A stretch of 20,000 nt of DNA from an uncultured virus (IMG/VR IMGVR_UViG_3300009378_000005). Its lineage: Duplodnaviria > Heunggongvirae > Uroviricota > Caudoviricetes. A program made the position numbers and the translations under genes. Below are positions 15,556 through 20,000 of this stretch, one piece after another. The notes under the pieces were generated by a model. The model ran no database searches. It saw nothing but the letters and a program-made list of their open reading frames with translations, and was not told the DNA's origin. The number at the start of each line of letters is the position of its first letter. The stretch's first letter is position 1. The DNA is taken from the IMG/VR virus record IMGVR_UViG_3300009378_000005, positions 56,159 through 76,158 of that record; one strand, written 5' to 3'.

Positions 15556-17550
15556 TCAGCTACCCTGACCTGAATTTCCTAACATTGCAAGCGTTGTAAC
15601 GTTTGCTGAAGACTCTGCAACTGACTGCGGTTCTGTTCTAACATTACTTAGATATATGTCAACTGTTTTTGCACTTTGAAGATCTGTATTAAGAATCTGC
15701 AGCTTGTATGCAGGATAAGACGGTTCTGACTCATCAAGTCCACGAATTAAAGATAAATCATTGCTCTTCGTATCCCAGCCTCCTGACTGCGTCTGTAACA
15801 CCTCTCTCTTATATACCTTGAGAAATTCGGGATCAGAATATATTTTTATTCTACTGTGGCCTGAATCTTTCATTGTATCGACAAACACATCACCATCTAG
15901 ATATAAATTTGGATAAGATTTAGGTGCACCAGATCGTGATATCATCTTGACATTTAGCTTATTTTTTAATTTATCAAATGACACCTCAAGCTGCATAGAA
16001 TAATTTGATGATAGACCTCTTGCATCAATTGAAGCCAGCGTATAGACGTACTTTGAGCTTTTTGTAAAATATGCATCTCTAAATGACTTCTTAGGATGCT
16101 TCATTCTCTGTGATATCGATGCCGGTGCTCTCTCAAGAGGCTGTGTTATTGATGTCGAATTGTCAAAATTATACTCTCTAATCAGGGTAAATGGGTGTCT
16201 TATATTTCCTCGTCTAAATATTTGAAATCTCTTAATGTCTCTCTGTGGGTTTATTGGAAACTCCCAGAATATTATCAGGCCCCCTTTCTTAAAATCATAC
16301 TTAAATCTCACATCAACTGGTGGTGGCGGTGGCATGTCTTCCTTGCACATCACAGTTGTGCTTATTCCAGATGACGCTATTAGTGTGCTGGCCATAACAA
16401 CCTGATCAGCTGTCGACGTAGATATTCTTCTTGCTTCAAATCTAGACAATGATATCGCATGAACCTTATACAGATATTCTCCTCCATACATGACCTCAGT
16501 ATCGATAACTGATGTAATATCTGCTGAATCAACAGGTATTGATCTCATTTTTGACAGGCTTCCGTCACCCTTTATCTCAAACTTTTGAATTAAAAATCCG
16601 ATTAAAACAGACCCTTCGTTGGCATTTGTCCCTCCTTGAGCGGATGCATTGACTAGCTCCTGATCAATCGGAATAACAACAGGTTCATAATCTGTCTCTG
16701 ACACCTGTGTGGGATTTGCACTATTAATTGTCGCATTTTGTACAAACTCAGCAGACTGTAGTATTCCACTTAGCTCATCTGCATATACGTTTATATTATC
16801 GATGATTGAACCGCTAACTATTGTTCCAAACACCAGATTGTTAGCATTGAAGTCAAGCTGAAGACTTCTAACATGTAAGAGAGGATCAGATACAACAGAT
16901 TCCTTTATATCAGTCTTAGAATATGTTACACCTTTTGACTGTAGATTTCCAAGAACAGATCGAACAGAAAAAGGATCAACAGACGTTACACTGTTTGGCA
17001 TCTGAGCTGTCGGAGATGAAAAGCCTGAAAGCGCCGCTGACGAGCTAAGAGATGTATAAAATTTTCTATCAACACCTGTATCCATTAGATTTACACTGCT
17101 AAATGACGTATTTGATATCGCATCTTCGAACATTATATTACTAACATTCTCAGACACCTTGACATTCTCAAATATCGTATTCATCGCTGCAGATGACAGA
17201 TTTCCTCCTTGTTCACTAGCAAGTGTGTTGAACGAGGGAGGAGAAAATGTGATCCTAACAAATCGAGGAACCCTATCTGTGCCGGCCAAAAACTCTAGCT
17301 CATCTCTTGTTGTATCGTTAATTGATATGTTTATCTGTTTAGAGCTTTGATTTGTTTTTTCATCAGGCATAAAATAAACGTAATTAAACTCTGCATTTAG
17401 CTGTGACACCTCTGGTATGTCGATCTGTGTTACCGGCTTTGAAGGATATGACGAGGGAAGCGTGCTATTGCTAATTGAATCGACACCTTCAACACCATCT
17501 GTTGGAGTTATACCCTTGTAGGTATTGTTATAAAATTCCTGTGTTGTCAT
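15556..17550 (-). CDS. Putative structural protein with fibronectin type III-like segments, 664 aa
   Basis: Long ORF with FN3-like patterns DTEVMYGGEYLYKVHAI and PPPP.DV...LIIFW...FQIFRR...YVYTLASIDARGLSSNYS, located within the structural cluster. Confidence 0.6.
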   Translation of the reverse strand: MTTQEFYNNTYKGITPTDGVEGVDSISNSTLPSSYPSKPVTQIDIPEVSQLNAEFNYVYFMPDEKTNQSSKQINISINDTTRDELEFLAGTDRVPRFVRITFSPPSFNTLASEQGGNLSSAAMNTIFENVKVSENVSNIMFEDAISNTSFSSVNLMDTGVDRKFYTSLSSSAALSGFSSPTAQMPNSVTSVDPFSVRSVLGNLQSKGVTYSKTDIKESVVSDPLLHVRSLQLDFNANNLVFGTIVSGSIIDNINVYADELSGILQSAEFVQNATINSANPTQVSETDYEPVVIPIDQELVNASAQGGTNANEGSVLIGFLIQKFEIKGDGSLSKMRSIPVDSADITSVIDTEVMYGGEYLYKVHAISLSRFEARRISTSTADQVVMASTLIASSGISTTVMCKEDMPPPPPVDVRFKYDFKKGGLIIFWEFPINPQRDIKRFQIFRRGNIRHPFTLIREYNFDNSTSITQPLERAPASISQRMKHPKKSFRDAYFTKSSKYVYTLASIDARGLSSNYSMQLEVSFDKLKNKLNVKMISRSGAPKSYPNLYLDGDVFVDTMKDSGHSRIKIYSDPEFLKVYKREVLQTQSGGWDTKSNDLSLIRGLDESEPSYPAYKLQILNTDLQSAKTVDIYLSNVRTEPQSVAESSANVTTLAMLGNSGQGS

Positions 17551-17586
17551 ATCTTTTGTCCGTGATATTCTGTCTATATCGTTTAA

Positions 17587-20000
17587 TCACCTATGAAGGC
17601 TTAAAGGCTTTTGTGCAAGCTCTACTGTTACAAAGAAGTTATAATAGCTTGGATCATCAACACCCCACATCTCACTTGAATCACTTCCCGTATTTCCAAA
17701 ATTAGAACTGCTACTTGTGTCACCTGATGTGTTAGATTGATTTGTGATAGGTCTTATTGCACCTTCGGCCATCATCACAGGTACACCTGTCGGCGTCTGG
17801 TCGTTAGCATCTCCAGACATAAACGAAGGGTTCTGTTCGTGAACAAGAAGGCAAAAAACTCTATCAAATTTTTTAGCCTGGAGGACCCTATTTGCATATT
17901 TTTGCTTGCTAAAGGGTAAAGATCTTGCTATCTCACTTGACAATCTGCTAAATTCAATTGCCTCCTCTGTCGTCTTTACCGTAAACTGACTAAGATTTTG
18001 AAGCGCACTCGTCATTGCCTTCTCGTATGTCTGTGATGTATTAGCAACAATGGCTTCCTTAGCAACTGATGTTCCAAGAGACACAGAGTCTGGTCCAGAT
18101 CGTAATGTGCTAGCGGTATCATGTTGAAATACATCCTCATAGATGTCTATTCCCATCACTGTCTTAAGATAAATTTTTAGATAGTGATCTGACAAGTGAT
18201 TGTTTCTTATATGATCTTTAAGATTAGTTGATGTACCGTACTTACCTAAGTCAACAGGATTGGGTGTCAATACCTTTGTTTCAACTTCGTCATGCTTGTT
18301 TAAGATGTGAAATGACCTGATATTTGCATCATTTAGCATGCTTGCTGTACCATAGGGTGAGGGATCACTAGGTGCGAGACTTATCATGTCATCCTGTCCT
18401 TCGATTCCCTCTACTATGTGATTAGCTGTGTCAAAATAATATACAAGAGGCCCTGGATTCTCACTATCACTAACGAGATTTTGCCTGTGAACAACTATCT
18501 TAATAGTTGTCGCATCACCGTAGTACGAGTCACCTGTCTGACTTTCTGATGCATCCCTAAGATACTCTAATAATCCGGCCGGAAGACCTACAGTCATTAT
18601 TCTTGGTCGTCCGCCAACTTGAATTGCATCTGGGCTGAAAACGTCTTGTGTCATCCAGGATAGCATGTTTAGAACCTGCTTAGAGTGAATCGTCTTGCCG
18701 GCAGGAAATGCGGGATACTCACGAGACGGACTAAGAAGAGAATGATATAGCGCTCCGCTTAAAGACAGCTGATCTCTTGTTAGGTTTTGACATAAAAACC
18801 TGCCGCTTTCAGTATTCAAATTAGTCAAAGTATTTGCGTAGGGACCACTGCTATGATTTAAGCTATTCTGAACTGATGTCGATGTCGTATTTAGCACGTC
18901 CTTTATTTTTTGCAGATAGTGAAGAATGTTAAATATATGCACATCCTCATTAAAAAGATTTATCTTAATGTCAGACATATTAGAAAAAACTCTTAATGCA
19001 TCAGATATCGCTTCTTGAACTTGATCATCTCTTAGACTAGCCATGTCTGAGCTGAAGCTTGTTGGCTCAACCCTTAGCTGTTCACCGTCTAGCCTGTTTC
19101 TTAAGCTATCTTTCAACTGACTACTGTAATCACCGGTTTTTCCTGCATCTGACCAGGCATCCAGAGCCTCAGAAAATGCAATTGCATTCAAAAAATTATA
19201 TCCAAATGACGCAGCTTGATATGTATATGCCTGATGTCCTTGGCCTCCGCCACCATCATTACCTACACTTGCATTAACATCTGCGGTAGATGATGAAAAG
19301 TTTACAAACAAGCTATCACATAGCATCTCCATCATAACCTTCATTGCAACTGCCACTCTTCCGTAATATCCGACGCCAAGATCACCTGTAACTGTATTGA
19401 AGTTTTTTGAATCTGATTTTTGAGTTCCAGGGTCATCAGAACTTCCTAAATTAACATTAGCATCCTGTTCTGCCTCTATCTGAAATTTTCTTGCTGCCTC
19501 TAGTGGCATGTCCCAAATTTTAAACGACGATGTGCCCGTTCCGATCATTCCCTCAAGACTACGCTGTCCAGAAGGAGCATCAGCATCTAAAACATAAAGG
19601 TTATCACGTTCACCTGGAGCAGCAAGTATTGAAACAAGACCTCTTGACAAATATGTTCTTCCGACCCTCTTTGCATCAGTCGTAGTCATTATCATCTTAT
19701 TATCATAGTTTACTTCTCGATCACTGTAGTGCGACCAGATACTCTCTGCAAGATCCTGCTTTGCTTGATTATATTTGCTTACTAGTGTAGCGGGTCTATT
19801 GCTACTGCTATACTGCTGATACTCCTTTCTATACATTATCATTTTTAAAATTAACTGAAATAGGTAAGTGTTATCATTTGCAAGCATGAACATCCACAAG
19901 GAACCTATCTGGTATAGTTTAGACTCAGTCAATCCTTGCCCTCTATCTACTGTTAACTCACCCTTATCTTCAATAAAGTATTTCAACCTCTGGATGATCT
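17587..20000 (-). CDS. Large hypothetical protein, probably a virion protein (5' end beyond the window, more than 800 aa)
   Basis: The track's TTG start at 19986 is probably not real, because the frame stays open to the window edge (..IIQRLKYF). No motif recognised; the structural role is inferred from context. Confidence 0.7.
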   Translation of the reverse strand, partial: IIQRLKYFIEDKGELTVDRGQGLTESKLYQIGSLWMFMLANDNTYLFQLILKMIMYRKEYQQYSSSNRPATLVSKYNQAKQDLAESIWSHYSDREVNYDNKMIMTTTDAKRVGRTYLSRGLVSILAAPGERDNLYVLDADAPSGQRSLEGMIGTGTSSFKIWDMPLEAARKFQIEAEQDANVNLGSSDDPGTQKSDSKNFNTVTGDLGVGYYGRVAVAMKVMMEMLCDSLFVNFSSSTADVNASVGNDGGGGQGHQAYTYQAASFGYNFLNAIAFSEALDAWSDAGKTGDYSSQLKDSLRNRLDGEQLRVEPTSFSSDMASLRDDQVQEAISDALRVFSNMSDIKINLFNEDVHIFNILHYLQKIKDVLNTTSTSVQNSLNHSSGPYANTLTNLNTESGRFLCQNLTRDQLSLSGALYHSLLSPSREYPAFPAGKTIHSKQVLNMLSWMTQDVFSPDAIQVGGRPRIMTVGLPAGLLEYLRDASESQTGDSYYGDATTIKIVVHRQNLVSDSENPGPLVYYFDTANHIVEGIEGQDDMISLAPSDPSPYGTASMLNDANIRSFHILNKHDEVETKVLTPNPVDLGKYGTSTNLKDHIRNNHLSDHYLKIYLKTVMGIDIYEDVFQHDTASTLRSGPDSVSLGTSVAKEAIVANTSQTYEKAMTSALQNLSQFTVKTTEEAIEFSRLSSEIARSLPFSKQKYANRVLQAKKFDRVFCLLVHEQNPSFMSGDANDQTPTGVPVMMAEGAIRPITNQSNTSGDTSSSSNFGNTGSDSSEMWGVDDPSYYNFFVTVELAQKPLSLHR

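Noticed and set aside
1177..19277. All plus-strand ORFs in the track (for example 6318-6779 and 14898-15326)
   Set aside because: They are antisense shadows of well-supported minus-strand genes, with no recognisable motifs.
1..20000. CRISPR arrays, tRNA or rRNA genes, transposases, intrinsic terminators
   Set aside because: The window is almost fully coding, with intergenic gaps under 100 nt. I saw no repeat-spacer pattern, cloverleaf or hairpin with a U-tract on the coding strand.

Overview
This window is part of a large (jumbo-type) tailed-phage genome with T4-like packaging genes, and all credible genes are on the minus strand. In transcription order (right to left) it holds: five putative virion structural genes, a RuvC-like resolvase, a DnaG-like primase, a fused Mre11-Rad50 (SbcDC) nuclease/ATPase, two small hypothetical genes, the large terminase, and a T4 gp20-like portal gene. 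The ORF track misses the portal because its frame runs off the left edge. The main finding is that this portal (start 3538, frame open to the edge, at least 1179 codons) carries at least three inteins. Two are complete (354 aa and 467 aa), contain HNH-type endonucleases and lack the penultimate His; the third begins 22 nt from the window edge. A second finding is a structural gene that appears to start at a non-canonical ATC codon (15460), behind a strong Shine-Dalgarno and a small hairpin. All calls come from manual translation and motif recognition; no database searches were run.
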